A DNA stretch of 29,387 nucleotides from a virus (lineage: Duplodnaviria; Caudoviricetes), in the IMG/VR virus record IMGVR_UViG_3300023197_000076, positions 1 through 29,387 of that record. One strand, 5' to 3'. The notes below the pieces were generated by a model. It was not told where the DNA came from, ran no database searches, and was given only the letters and a program-made list of their open reading frames with translations. A program made the position numbers and the translations under genes. Position 1 is the stretch's first letter. Each line of letters opens with the position of its first letter. Shown one piece after another: positions 1 to 7,396 of the stretch.

Positions 1-1
1 A

Positions 2-202
2 ATTCAGTCAGCAAAATACCGAATCGCACGAGAATGTCTCGGCGATGCACCCGTACCAGACAGGCCCATCGACGAATGGGTTGCACGGCACGACGAGTCG
101 GTTGCGGGACTCCGTTCTCGTGCCGATGATTTGGAGCGGAATGATCGGCGGGAGAAACTCTGCGCCGCCGTGCAACCCTTTTGCCCATCCCCCTGTCCAT
201 AG
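2..202 (+). CDS. possible C-terminal fragment of a flanking host gene (open from window edge)
   Basis: Frame 2 is open from base 2 to TAG at 200-202 (IQSAKYRIARECLGDAPVPDRPIDEWVARHDES...); protein-like composition but no recognisable motif. Confidence 0.25.
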   Translation: MQSAKYRIARECLGDAPVPDRPIDEWVARHDESVAGLRSRADDLERNDRREKLCAAVQPFCPSPCP

Positions 203-239
203 GGGGGTAAAAGAAATCGACACCATAATTAAAAGAAAT
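194..239 (+). repeat. candidate prophage left end with tandem transposase-binding repeats
   Basis: TGT at 194, then TAAAAGAAAT at 208-217 and 230-239 (22-bp period), each preceded by CCATA; AT-rich island beyond the last phage gene. Confidence 0.45.
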
Positions 240-394
240 GAGAGGTTCTGAGAGCCTGCATTCGGACATTTTGCGGCTTTGGAGCCGGTATTCAGACGGG
301 TGTTTTTGGGTAGGAGAGGTGGTTTTCCTAGGTAGATTCGAGTTCTCGGCACTCGGAAGGAGTGCGGTTATGATTGCGGGCGCAGATCGGCACC

Positions 395-1261
395 CTAAGA
401 GATGGGATCAGTTGGGATGATGGTGGCGGTGCGGTCGCCAAGACCGAACGAGACGGCGTCGGTGTCGGGGGAGACTTGCATGCCGGAGAGGTCGTCGTCC
501 CAGCTGGGGTCGACGGGGACCCACTGGTGACGGCAGTTGTAGCCGCCGCAGAAGGTGCGGACGGGCTCCAGCTGGCCGTTCTGCATCTCGTTGATCTGCT
601 GGTTGGTGTAGACGCCGTCGACGTGGGCGATGCAGAAGCGCCGGGAGTTGGACTGCAGGTTGCCGTAGTACAGGAAGTGGGTGAGGCCGGACTGGGTGGC
701 GAGCTCGTCTCTGTACTCCTGGTCGTAAGCGGTGATGGAGGTTCGCGCGTGCGTCTCGGCGACGTTTGTGGCGTCGTCTACGGAGTCAATGAGGCGGTCC
801 TCGATGGCCTCTCTGCTGGGGCTCCCCGGGGAGGCGATCTCTTCCTCGACGGCCTCTACGGTCTCTTCCTTGAGCGTCTGGCTCGCGATCTGGAGACCGG
901 ACTGGAGGGCCTCGGTGACGCGCTGAGCGCTTTCGCGCTTGCGCACGGCGTCGGTGAGGCGGTCGGGGACGGTGACGCCGACGGCGGTGTAGAAGTCGCG
1001 CGTCTCGGACACGAGGGTCTGGACGCGCTGGGTGACGAGGGTCTGGGTGCTGGAGGTGAGCTGCGTGGCGGCCGGCCGGAGGGCGTCGCGAATGGCCTCG
1101 TCGAGGCGGGCGGGGCTGAGGCTCTGGAGGTCGCGCTCGTCGAGCAGGCGGAGGACGGCCTGGACGGCGGCGTCTTCTAGGTCGGACTGCTGGAGGGGAA
1201 CGTCTTCAAGCAGCTGCTGGACGCGCTGCTGGAGGGTGTCAATGTCGTCAAGGACTGGCAT
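395..1261 (-). CDS. phage minor head / head morphogenesis protein (Mu gpF / SPP1 gp7-like)
   Basis: 288 aa; helical N-terminus, C-terminal YYG...SRRFC...GGYNCRHQW Cys/His motif typical of this family. Confidence 0.75.
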   Translation of the reverse strand: MPVLDDIDTLQQRVQQLLEDVPLQQSDLEDAAVQAVLRLLDERDLQSLSPARLDEAIRDALRPAATQLTSSTQTLVTQRVQTLVSETRDFYTAVGVTVPDRLTDAVRKRESAQRVTEALQSGLQIASQTLKEETVEAVEEEIASPGSPSREAIEDRLIDSVDDATNVAETHARTSITAYDQEYRDELATQSGLTHFLYYGNLQSNSRRFCIAHVDGVYTNQQINEMQNGQLEPVRTFCGGYNCRHQWVPVDPSWDDDLSGMQVSPDTDAVSFGLGDRTATIIPTDPIS

Positions 1262-1272
1262 AGGTCATTTCG

Positions 1273-1608
1273 TCATTGAACGGCCGTAAGCTCAGCGATG
1301 TAGATATGCTCAAGTTCCACCTGTTTGGTTTCGTGAAAGGGGACGAGCTCGGGCCATTCTTCTTGCACCCAATCGGGAGTTGACTTTGTGGTCTGCATGT
1401 GGGCCACGGGATCTATACTGACGAGCCACTGCTGCCCTGCGAAGTGAACTCGCTCATTATGACAGTCTGCGTGCTCGACCATCTTGATGAGGCGTTCGGA
1501 GTCGAGGACCACTGTGAGGGTGATCTGGTCTGGGCATGCTTTAATGTCGCTCTCCGTGCGGTGAAAATCGAGGATACGGATGTCATCTTCGGGCAGTGGT
1601 TGCGCCAT
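1273..1608 (-). CDS. hypothetical protein (111 aa)
   Basis: ATG at 1608 (MAQPLPEDD...) just after the stop of the zinc-ribbon gene; fills the operon gap. Confidence 0.65.
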   Translation of the reverse strand: MAQPLPEDDIRILDFHRTESDIKACPDQITLTVVLDSERLIKMVEHADCHNERVHFAGQQWLVSIDPVAHMQTTKSTPDWVQEEWPELVPFHETKQVELEHIYIAELTAVQ

Positions 1609-1612
1609 CGGT

Positions 1613-1948
1613 CTATCGCTGGAGCCGTTCTTTGGTTTTGAAGGTGTGGTCGCAGTCAAGGCAGTGGCGGCGCCGGCGGACCTGGTCGGCGGCGCGGCGC
1701 GTCTGTTTGACGGTGGTGTTGCCTCCGCACTCGGGGCACGGCATGCCGCGGTGGTGCTCCGGGCTCGGTTCATCGGCGGGCTCGCTGCCCATGGGGTCCT
1801 CGATGGAGGTGAATACCTCGTGGCAATCAGGGTTTCGGCAGATGCGGTCGCGAACGATCTGGTCCGGATTCGTGTCGGTGGTGATGACTCGTGAGGAGTC
1901 GGAGCAGCTGGGGCACGTGATGCCTTTGGCGACGGTGGCCATGAACAT
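1613..1948 (-). CDS. tandem zinc-ribbon protein (Ogr/Delta-like + NrdR-N-like), putative transcription regulator
   Basis: CPSC...RDRICRNPDCHEVFTSIE and CPECGG...RRRRHCLDCDHTFKTKER. Confidence 0.75.
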   Translation of the reverse strand: MFMATVAKGITCPSCSDSSRVITTDTNPDQIVRDRICRNPDCHEVFTSIEDPMGSEPADEPSPEHHRGMPCPECGGNTTVKQTRRAADQVRRRRHCLDCDHTFKTKERLQR

Positions 1949-1999
1949 TTAGGAATGATGCAAGGCGGACGGGTGGGCTCGGGATGCAAGATCGATGCC

Positions 2000-2464
2000 T
2001 CAGCCGGTGCTGCGGTAGAGCTTCAGGTAGCGATAAAACGTCGACTCGGCGACGTTCATGCGGGCGGCGGCCTCTCGGTTAGTGTCGCATTTCTCGGCGA
2101 GGCGAGCAGCACGGCGGATTTTGCGGTCCATGCCTTTGACCTGGTGCTGGCCGCGGTGCTCCGTATCGGTGCTGATGCGGCCGCGTTGTGCGAGGTTTTT
2201 AAGGGTGGTGTAGGGGATGTCCAGCAGGTCGCCGATCTCGGTCAGCGGCATGATGTCCCAGAGGCCGTCGATCCGGTCTGCGGTCTCTTCTGAGATCTGG
2301 CTGTCTGGGCCTCGGTGGTCGGTCTCGGTGGTGATGAGATCCTTTTGGGACCAGTACTTGAGCGTCCCCTCTGGAATGCCGGTGATGTCGGAGACGGTCG
2401 GCAAAGGGTATTCATCCCATAGTCGATCGGCCTCCTTTACGTCGGCGGTCGTGTAGTCGCTCAC
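2000..2464 (-). CDS. multi-HTH DNA-binding protein
   Basis: Two internal ~45-aa repeats (LWD..PL..I.D...IP..TLK......I.T.T.HRG) plus C-terminal HTH (NREAAARMNVAESTFYRYL); GTG overlaps upstream TGA. Confidence 0.75.
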   Translation of the reverse strand: MSDYTTADVKEADRLWDEYPLPTVSDITGIPEGTLKYWSQKDLITTETDHRGPDSQISEETADRIDGLWDIMPLTEIGDLLDIPYTTLKNLAQRGRISTDTEHRGQHQVKGMDRKIRRAARLAEKCDTNREAAARMNVAESTFYRYLKLYRSTG

Positions 2465-2673
2465 AGCTGCAGGGAAGTTTGGATGAGGTAGTATCGGGCG
2501 TACTGGGTCCGGCCCTCGCCGCTTTCAAGCTCCTTCTCGATGTCGTGGCCGTCCCGGCGGAGGTCATAGATGCGGGCGGCCAGGCGGTAGATGCCGTAGC
2601 GCTGGGCGGCTTCGCGCTGCGTGATGGAGCCCTCTTCGCGGAGGTGGCGGAGAATCTGCTCGCACTGGGTCAT
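2461..2673 (-). CDS. small winged-HTH protein (HTH_39-like)
   Basis: MTQCEQILRHLREEGSITQREAAQRYGIYRLAARIYDLRRDGHDI; ATG at 2673 preferred over the track start at 2745. Confidence 0.8.
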   Translation of the reverse strand: MTQCEQILRHLREEGSITQREAAQRYGIYRLAARIYDLRRDGHDIEKELESGEGRTQYARYYLIQTSLQL

Positions 2674-2688
2674 GGCATGGTGGTCGGT

Positions 2689-2712
2689 GGTGTTGGGGTG
2701 TTTGGGTGTTGG
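2689..2712. repeat. GGTGTTGG-type octamer microsatellite (3 copies)
   Basis: ggtgttgg ggtgtttg ggtgttgg in the spacer upstream of ATG 2673. Confidence 0.75.
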
Positions 2713-2748
2713 GGTTGCTCTATAATGGTGTGCCGGATCACTCACGGA

Positions 2749-2853
2749 GGGCAGGCTCCGGTGAGTGACCTGCCGGCGTCATATGCGGGCCTGCCTGCGA
2801 GGCGAGCCAGTCACCCACCTGCCTGGTCATCTGGCGCGGCCCTTCTTCGAGGG
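2749..2853 (-). ncRNA. putative structured RNA directly 3' of the tRNA-like element
   Basis: Minus strand: GGCAGG/CCTGCC, GGTGGGTGAC/GTCACTCACC (G-U wobble works on the minus strand), inner GCCT-CGC-AGGC hairpin, CCCT..AGGG hairpin. Confidence 0.45.
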
Positions 2854-2855
2854 TG

Positions 2856-2982
2856 AGGCCGGGGTGCGATTCGAACGCACGTCCCTGTCCGTCGGCCCTT
2901 GGCAGGTGCCACTCTGCCTTCGGGTTTTGTCCGCTGGCTATCTTGCGTAGACGGCATGGCTCTACCACTGAGCTACCCGGCC
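2856..2982 (-). ncRNA. tRNA-like RNA with anticodon loop replaced by a ~55-nt structured insertion
   Basis: GGCCGGG/CCCGGCC acceptor stem, TA, D-arm GCTC-AGTGGTA-GAGC, T-arm GTGCG-TTCGAAT-CGCAC; no canonical anticodon loop, no encoded CCA. Confidence 0.8.
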
Positions 2983-2988
2983 TGCCGG

Positions 2989-3534
2989 TTATGAGACCTC
3001 CACGGAGACTTCGTCGTGCTCCTCGTGGGCGGTGACGCCGTCGAGCTTTCGGACGAGCTCGGGGCGGTCCTTGAGGGTGCGCTTGTAGGGGGGCTTCTCC
3101 GTGCGCCGAATCAGGTCGTCGTGGCCCAGGCGCTTCAGGGTCTCGACCACCTTGTCCTTGTCGTTCCAGGAGAAGTTGAAGGGCACCTTGGAGAAGGAGA
3201 CCTTGCCGAAGGCACTGTCGTACGTCTTGCCGTCGACGCCGTCGAGGGCGGCCTTGGGGTTGGCGCGGGCCCACGCCTTGATCGCTTCCTTCCGGGCCTG
3301 GACGGCCTCCTCGCGACGCTCGATGTAGCCGCGGTGCTTGGAGCGGATTTCTTCGATCTGCTCTTCGATCTCCTCCTTTTCGTCCCGCAGGTTTGCGGTG
3401 GACTGCTCCACTTTGCGCTGTCGCTTTTTGGCCTCGCGGGCGAGGTCGGATGCCTCTTCGAGCAGGGCGTCGACGTCGGAGCGGTCGTCGATCTCCTCGC
3501 GGAGGGTGTCGGGGTCTTTGGAGAGGGTGGCCAT
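2989..3534 (-). CDS. gam: Mu Gam-like host-nuclease inhibitor (DNA end-binding)
   Basis: Coiled coil then IKAWARANP...GKTYDSAFGKVSF...VETLKRLGHDDLIR; position downstream of A/B genes. Confidence 0.85.
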   Translation of the reverse strand: MATLSKDPDTLREEIDDRSDVDALLEEASDLAREAKKRQRKVEQSTANLRDEKEEIEEQIEEIRSKHRGYIERREEAVQARKEAIKAWARANPKAALDGVDGKTYDSAFGKVSFSKVPFNFSWNDKDKVVETLKRLGHDDLIRRTEKPPYKRTLKDRPELVRKLDGVTAHEEHDEVSVEVS

Positions 3535-3549
3535 GGTCGTTGAGGGTGG

Positions 3550-3756
3550 TTAGTTGAGGGAGAGCTCACGATGGTGTGCGATCGGCATGACGCGCGGATT
3601 GTCATGCCAGTCGCGCAGCCGGTTTTCGGCGTATCGTCGGTAGTAGTTGGGGGCGATGAGAAAGAGCTCGAAGGTGGTGCCACGCGGAAGTGCGTAGCGG
3701 AGGCGGCGGTACTCCTCCGCCCAGTACTCGATGTCCTTGTCGGTCAGATATTGCAT
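3550..3756 (-). CDS. hypothetical protein (68 aa)
   Basis: ATG 5 nt after the ATPase stop; operon-filling. Confidence 0.7.
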   Translation of the reverse strand: MQYLTDKDIEYWAEEYRRLRYALPRGTTFELFLIAPNYYRRYAENRLRDWHDNPRVMPIAHHRELSLN

Positions 3757-3760
3757 GGGC

Positions 3761-4723
3761 TCAGCTGGCCGGGACGGCCTCTTTGTTGGTGGACTCGATG
3801 GGCTGGCTTTTGAGGCGCCGCAGGGCCTCCTGTACCTTGTCAGTCTCGTCGTCCTTCTGGGGGTCCTGGACGCGGCGGTGCGCGGTCGTTTTGCTGACGC
3901 CGGCCTCCTCGGCCAGCTCGGCGTAGGACACGTCGAGCGCGTCCTTGAGCTGCTCGGGGGTGGGGTTGACGATGCGATCGTCGACCACCTCGTAGCCGGC
4001 CTGGTAGGCGCGCTCCATGGCCTTGAGGGTGGTGCTCACCATGCCGGCCGGGCGCGGCTCCAGGGTGGCGATCGTCTCGCGCGTCTCATCGGCGATGGCG
4101 TGGCCGAAGACGGCGGCCAGGAAGGCGATGCGCTTCTGGTACGTCATGTAGCCTTCCTCTTCGGAGAGGCGGTAGTCATTGATGCGCCAGGCGATGTCCT
4201 GGCGGCGGTGCAGCTTGCCGCCGAGGCGCTCCCAGCCCACCAGGATGATGCTGCAGAGCGGGCTGTTGCCGTTGAACTCGGCCTCCCGGAGGCGCTTCAA
4301 ACCGCTCAGGCTGGCCTCGGTGAGGCGGTGGGCGTCGTCGATGACGATGGAGGGGGGCTTGGCCTTGGTGTAGTGGCGGCCCATGAGGCGCTCGGCCTGC
4401 CTCGATCGGGCCTCTTTGTTGGGGCGGAGCGGCTCATCGGAGAGGTCGAGGACGATGGCGTTGAGGATGTTGTTGAGCGAGGTGCCGCGCGGGGTCATGT
4501 CGCGGACGTCCACCCAGGTGACGGCGTCGCCGATGCGGGTGCGGACACGCTGCATCATGTGGCTCTTGCCGGCGCCGGGCGGCCCGATGAGGGCGGCCAT
4601 CTCGCGGCCCCGGACGCTCTCGGTGAGCTCGTGTGTGATCATTTTGGTGACGTCGTCGGTATAGGTGCCCAGATCGCCGAGCTCGAAGTGCGACAGAAGG
4701 TGTTGTTTGGGTTTTAGCATCAT
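3761..4723 (-). CDS. transposition AAA+ ATPase (MuB/ExeA-like) with C-terminal HTH
   Basis: Walker A GPPGAGKS, Walker B IVIDDAH, IILVG; C-terminal SYAELAEEAGVSKTTAHRRV; start ATG 4723 or 4720. Confidence 0.9.
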   Translation of the reverse strand: MMLKPKQHLLSHFELGDLGTYTDDVTKMITHELTESVRGREMAALIGPPGAGKSHMMQRVRTRIGDAVTWVDVRDMTPRGTSLNNILNAIVLDLSDEPLRPNKEARSRQAERLMGRHYTKAKPPSIVIDDAHRLTEASLSGLKRLREAEFNGNSPLCSIILVGWERLGGKLHRRQDIAWRINDYRLSEEEGYMTYQKRIAFLAAVFGHAIADETRETIATLEPRPAGMVSTTLKAMERAYQAGYEVVDDRIVNPTPEQLKDALDVSYAELAEEAGVSKTTAHRRVQDPQKDDETDKVQEALRRLKSQPIESTNKEAVPAS

Positions 4724-4794
4724 CTTGTGTTGGTTGGTGAGTGCGGCGTTGAGCGGGCAGTCGGTTGTGGGCCGGCTGCCCGTTTTTCTTTTCC

Positions 4795-4822
4795 GGTTGA
4801 AGGTTGAAGGTGGAAGGTTGAA
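4795..4822. repeat. GGTTGAA heptamer tandem repeat (4 copies)
   Basis: ggttgaa ggttgaa ggtggaa ggttgaa in the transposase/ATPase spacer. Confidence 0.8.
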
Positions 4823-4832
4823 TGTTTGGGGG

Positions 4833-6581
4833 TTAGTGCGGGGTGGACTCGGTGTCGGAGTGTTTGTCGAGGTAGGCGTTGATGACTTTGTCGAGCTCGG
4901 GTTGGGTGGCGTCGCCGAGTAGCGGGTCGAAGATGTGGGCGGCGTCGGCGTAGGTGTGGTCGATCGAGGAGAGGCGTTGGCCAATCCATTCGCGGGCCTG
5001 GGCTGCGGGGACGGGGGTGTCGTCGGCGGTGGGCTGGGCGTCGAAGTCGCTGTCGACGGACACATCGACGTGGCGCTCGCCCAGCTGGGCCAGGATGCCG
5101 TCCTCGTCCACCTCCACCTCCGGCGCGTCGTCGTCTAAGAGGTCGGTGCGCAGGTCGCTGGTGACGTCCACCTGGCGGCGGAGGCGCTCCAGCTTGGTGC
5201 GCCCGGTGCCGCGTGCCGACTCGTCTCCGTGCTCCTCGAAGGCGGGCTGGCTCCAGGGTTCCAGATCGAAGGCGTCCTGGTGGTTGCGCTCCACCAGGCG
5301 GCCGATGACGCGCCCCTCGGCGTTGATCTGGTAGCGGACGTGCATGCCCGGCTCGATGGCGATGCCCTCGATGGAGTCGGGGCAGCGGTATTTGTCGCCG
5401 TCGATCGAGATGCGGCCGTAGGGGTCGACCTGGCGGGTGTCGGTGTTGAAGGCGAGCTTGACGACGTCGGCCTCCATCTGGAGGGGAGGCGTGCGGGCGA
5501 TCGAGCCCTCGTAGAGGTGCTTGCAGGTGTGCTCGTCCTGGCTCGGGTGGGCGCGCATTCCTTCTTTGAGGAGGTGCTCGTGCAGGAGGTGGTTGAAGTC
5601 CGACGCATGGATCTGGTAGCCATCGCCGTGCTCCAGCGCGAAGGGGAGCTCGAAGCGTTGCCACAGGCTGCGAAAGGAGCGCTCGATCTTACCCTGGCTT
5701 TCCTTCCCGGCCTTCTTGAGGTCGACATCCTCCAGGGAGTCGAACGCGTTCTGCACGCGGTGCGAGCGGCGGAAGGCGCCGAAGTCGGTCTGCAGGATGC
5801 GCGGGACGTGGCGCATCGGGTGGTCGTCTTCCTCGCGGGTCCAGGCCCAGCGGAGGAAGGTGAGCCCGAGGAGGGCGTTCTCGGATGTGTCGCAGAAAAG
5901 GCGGCCCACCTTGAGGCGGCTGTAGTCGTCGATGAGGAGGGCGTACCAGGTGCGGAAGGCGCCCTCCGGGTCTTTGTAGCTGAGCTGCTTGTCGGTCACC
6001 TCGAGGAGCCAGTCGTCGGCGTCCTCATCATAGTCGCGGACCTGGAGGTACTTCGAGCGAGAGAAGTCGAGGAGCTGGCGCTGGGTGGCAAAGTCGGCCT
6101 CCACCTTGCGGTAGCGTGTCTCTTCGCGAAAGCCGCGTTTTCGGAGGCGCGTATTGACGGCGCTGGGGCTGGCGTCCTCGGCGCCCTCCACGCCCTTGCG
6201 GCGGGCGATCCGGAGGGCGATCTCGGTGGACACCTCCCGCTCCCCGAGGCCCATCTCCATGCCGCGCGCCTTGGCCTCTTCGACAAACTCGATCAGGGCC
6301 TCGGGAATCTTGGCGGGGCGGCCGGGGCACTCTTTGGCTTTGCCGCGTTGCTGCCGGATGCGGCGCCGGAGGGTTTGGGCGGACATGGGATCGGAGGGGT
6401 CGGGACTGAGGCGCTTGGCCCATCGCTGCAGGACGGCCCCTTTGGAGCCGTGGTCGGCAGCGTCGAGGGCAGTGATGACGTCTTCGAGCTCCTGGTCTGT
6501 AAGATCGTACACCACGCGAGCGGGGGATTGGGGCGAGAGATGCGGAGTCCGGGACGGCGCAAAAGGCACGCCTTTTCTCAC
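4833..6581 (-). CDS. DDE transposase (MuA / Tn552-related)
   Basis: N-terminal HTHs, LLDFS (D), IDDYSR, LQTDFG (D), QGKIERSF (E), C-terminal RQVDPYGRISIDGDKY; start is GTG 6581 (GTGA overlap) or GTG 6515. Confidence 0.92.
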   Translation of the reverse strand: MRKGVPFAPSRTPHLSPQSPARVVYDLTDQELEDVITALDAADHGSKGAVLQRWAKRLSPDPSDPMSAQTLRRRIRQQRGKAKECPGRPAKIPEALIEFVEEAKARGMEMGLGEREVSTEIALRIARRKGVEGAEDASPSAVNTRLRKRGFREETRYRKVEADFATQRQLLDFSRSKYLQVRDYDEDADDWLLEVTDKQLSYKDPEGAFRTWYALLIDDYSRLKVGRLFCDTSENALLGLTFLRWAWTREEDDHPMRHVPRILQTDFGAFRRSHRVQNAFDSLEDVDLKKAGKESQGKIERSFRSLWQRFELPFALEHGDGYQIHASDFNHLLHEHLLKEGMRAHPSQDEHTCKHLYEGSIARTPPLQMEADVVKLAFNTDTRQVDPYGRISIDGDKYRCPDSIEGIAIEPGMHVRYQINAEGRVIGRLVERNHQDAFDLEPWSQPAFEEHGDESARGTGRTKLERLRRQVDVTSDLRTDLLDDDAPEVEVDEDGILAQLGERHVDVSVDSDFDAQPTADDTPVPAAQAREWIGQRLSSIDHTYADAAHIFDPLLGDATQPELDKVINAYLDKHSDTESTPH

Positions 6582-7078
6582 GCATCGGACTGGCCCTCTT
6601 TCACGCGGCGAAGGCCGGTGATGACCTTGGTGGCTTCGCGCTTCGAGAGGTCGGTGACGGCCATCTCGCGCCCGATCTGTCGCTTGATGAAGCGCCCGAT
6701 TCGCTGCGGGGTGGACGCCCAGCCCAGCTGGTACTCCAGGCGCGCGATTTCGTCGGCCTGCTCCTGGGTGAGCTGCCCGGCCTGGTGTTTGTTGGGGTGG
6801 CCCTTGTAGCGGCCCTCCCACGGCTTGTCGGCCTGTGGGGGCGGCGTGGGCCGATCGGGCGGCGCGGGCGTGCCGTTGCCCTGGGCCTCCTGGAGGGACT
6901 GGATGGCGCGATGGGCCTCCTTCTGGGTGAGGTCGAGCGTCGACGGGCGATCGGGGTCGGACCAGTCTTTCTCTGGGAAGGTGGCCCGGAGGAAATCGCG
7001 GTACTGGGGGTCGTCGTCGAAGACTTGCGACTCCATGCCGCGGATGGTTTTGACTTGGTCGCTGCTGATTTGGGGCAC
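6578..7078 (-). CDS. gemA: GemA-like (Mu gp16 / DUF1018) protein
   Basis: QVKTIRGMESQVFDDDPQYRDFL...STLDLTQKEA and RFIKRQIG...DLSKREATKVITGLR match the two-lobed GemA pattern; GTG 7078. Confidence 0.7.
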   Translation of the reverse strand: MPQISSDQVKTIRGMESQVFDDDPQYRDFLRATFPEKDWSDPDRPSTLDLTQKEAHRAIQSLQEAQGNGTPAPPDRPTPPPQADKPWEGRYKGHPNKHQAGQLTQEQADEIARLEYQLGWASTPQRIGRFIKRQIGREMAVTDLSKREATKVITGLRRVKEGQSDA

Positions 7079-7094
7079 GGGGGAAGGGTTTTTG

Positions 7095-7118
7095 GGTGTT
7101 GGGGTGTTGGGGTGCTGG
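7095..7118. repeat. GGTGTTGG octamer microsatellite (3 copies)
   Basis: ggtgttgg ggtgttgg ggtgctgg. Confidence 0.75.
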
Positions 7119-7128
7119 GGGAAAGGCC

Positions 7129-7377
7129 TCAGTTGGTGCGGCCGATGGTGCGGTGGAGGGTGGCGATGAGGAGGGTCTGGGCGATGCGGGTGCGGCCCTC
7201 CTCCTCGATGTAGCGGTAGACCTCGCACCACTGCTCGCGGAGGACGTCGACGGCCAGTTCCTGGGGGGTGACGCGGCAGTAGGCGCTGAGCCGAAACCAC
7301 CGGTCGTAAAGCGGGTCGGGCATTGCCTTGAGGCCGCGGTAGGCCATGGTCTCGGGGCAGACTTGCTGGGTGTCCAT
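7129..7377 (-). CDS. hypothetical protein (82 aa)
   Basis: Operon-filling ORF with host-like codon usage. Confidence 0.65.
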   Translation of the reverse strand: MDTQQVCPETMAYRGLKAMPDPLYDRWFRLSAYCRVTPQELAVDVLREQWCEVYRYIEEEGRTRIAQTLLIATLHRTIGRTN

Positions 7378-7396
7378 GTCGGGGGTGTGGGTGTGG

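Noticed and set aside
189-206. CCCCCT/AGGGGG hairpin as an intrinsic terminator
   Set aside because: No adjacent U-tract on either strand
2749-2855. HDV-like (theta) or hammerhead ribozyme after the tRNA-like element
   Set aside because: Could not fit the nested double-pseudoknot core or CUGANGA/GAAA by eye; a formal motif search is still needed
2856-2982. Canonical tRNA, tmRNA or group I intron-containing tRNA
   Set aside because: No 7-nt anticodon loop, no G3-U70 or tag ORF, insert far too short for a self-splicing intron; no clear bulge-helix-bulge seen
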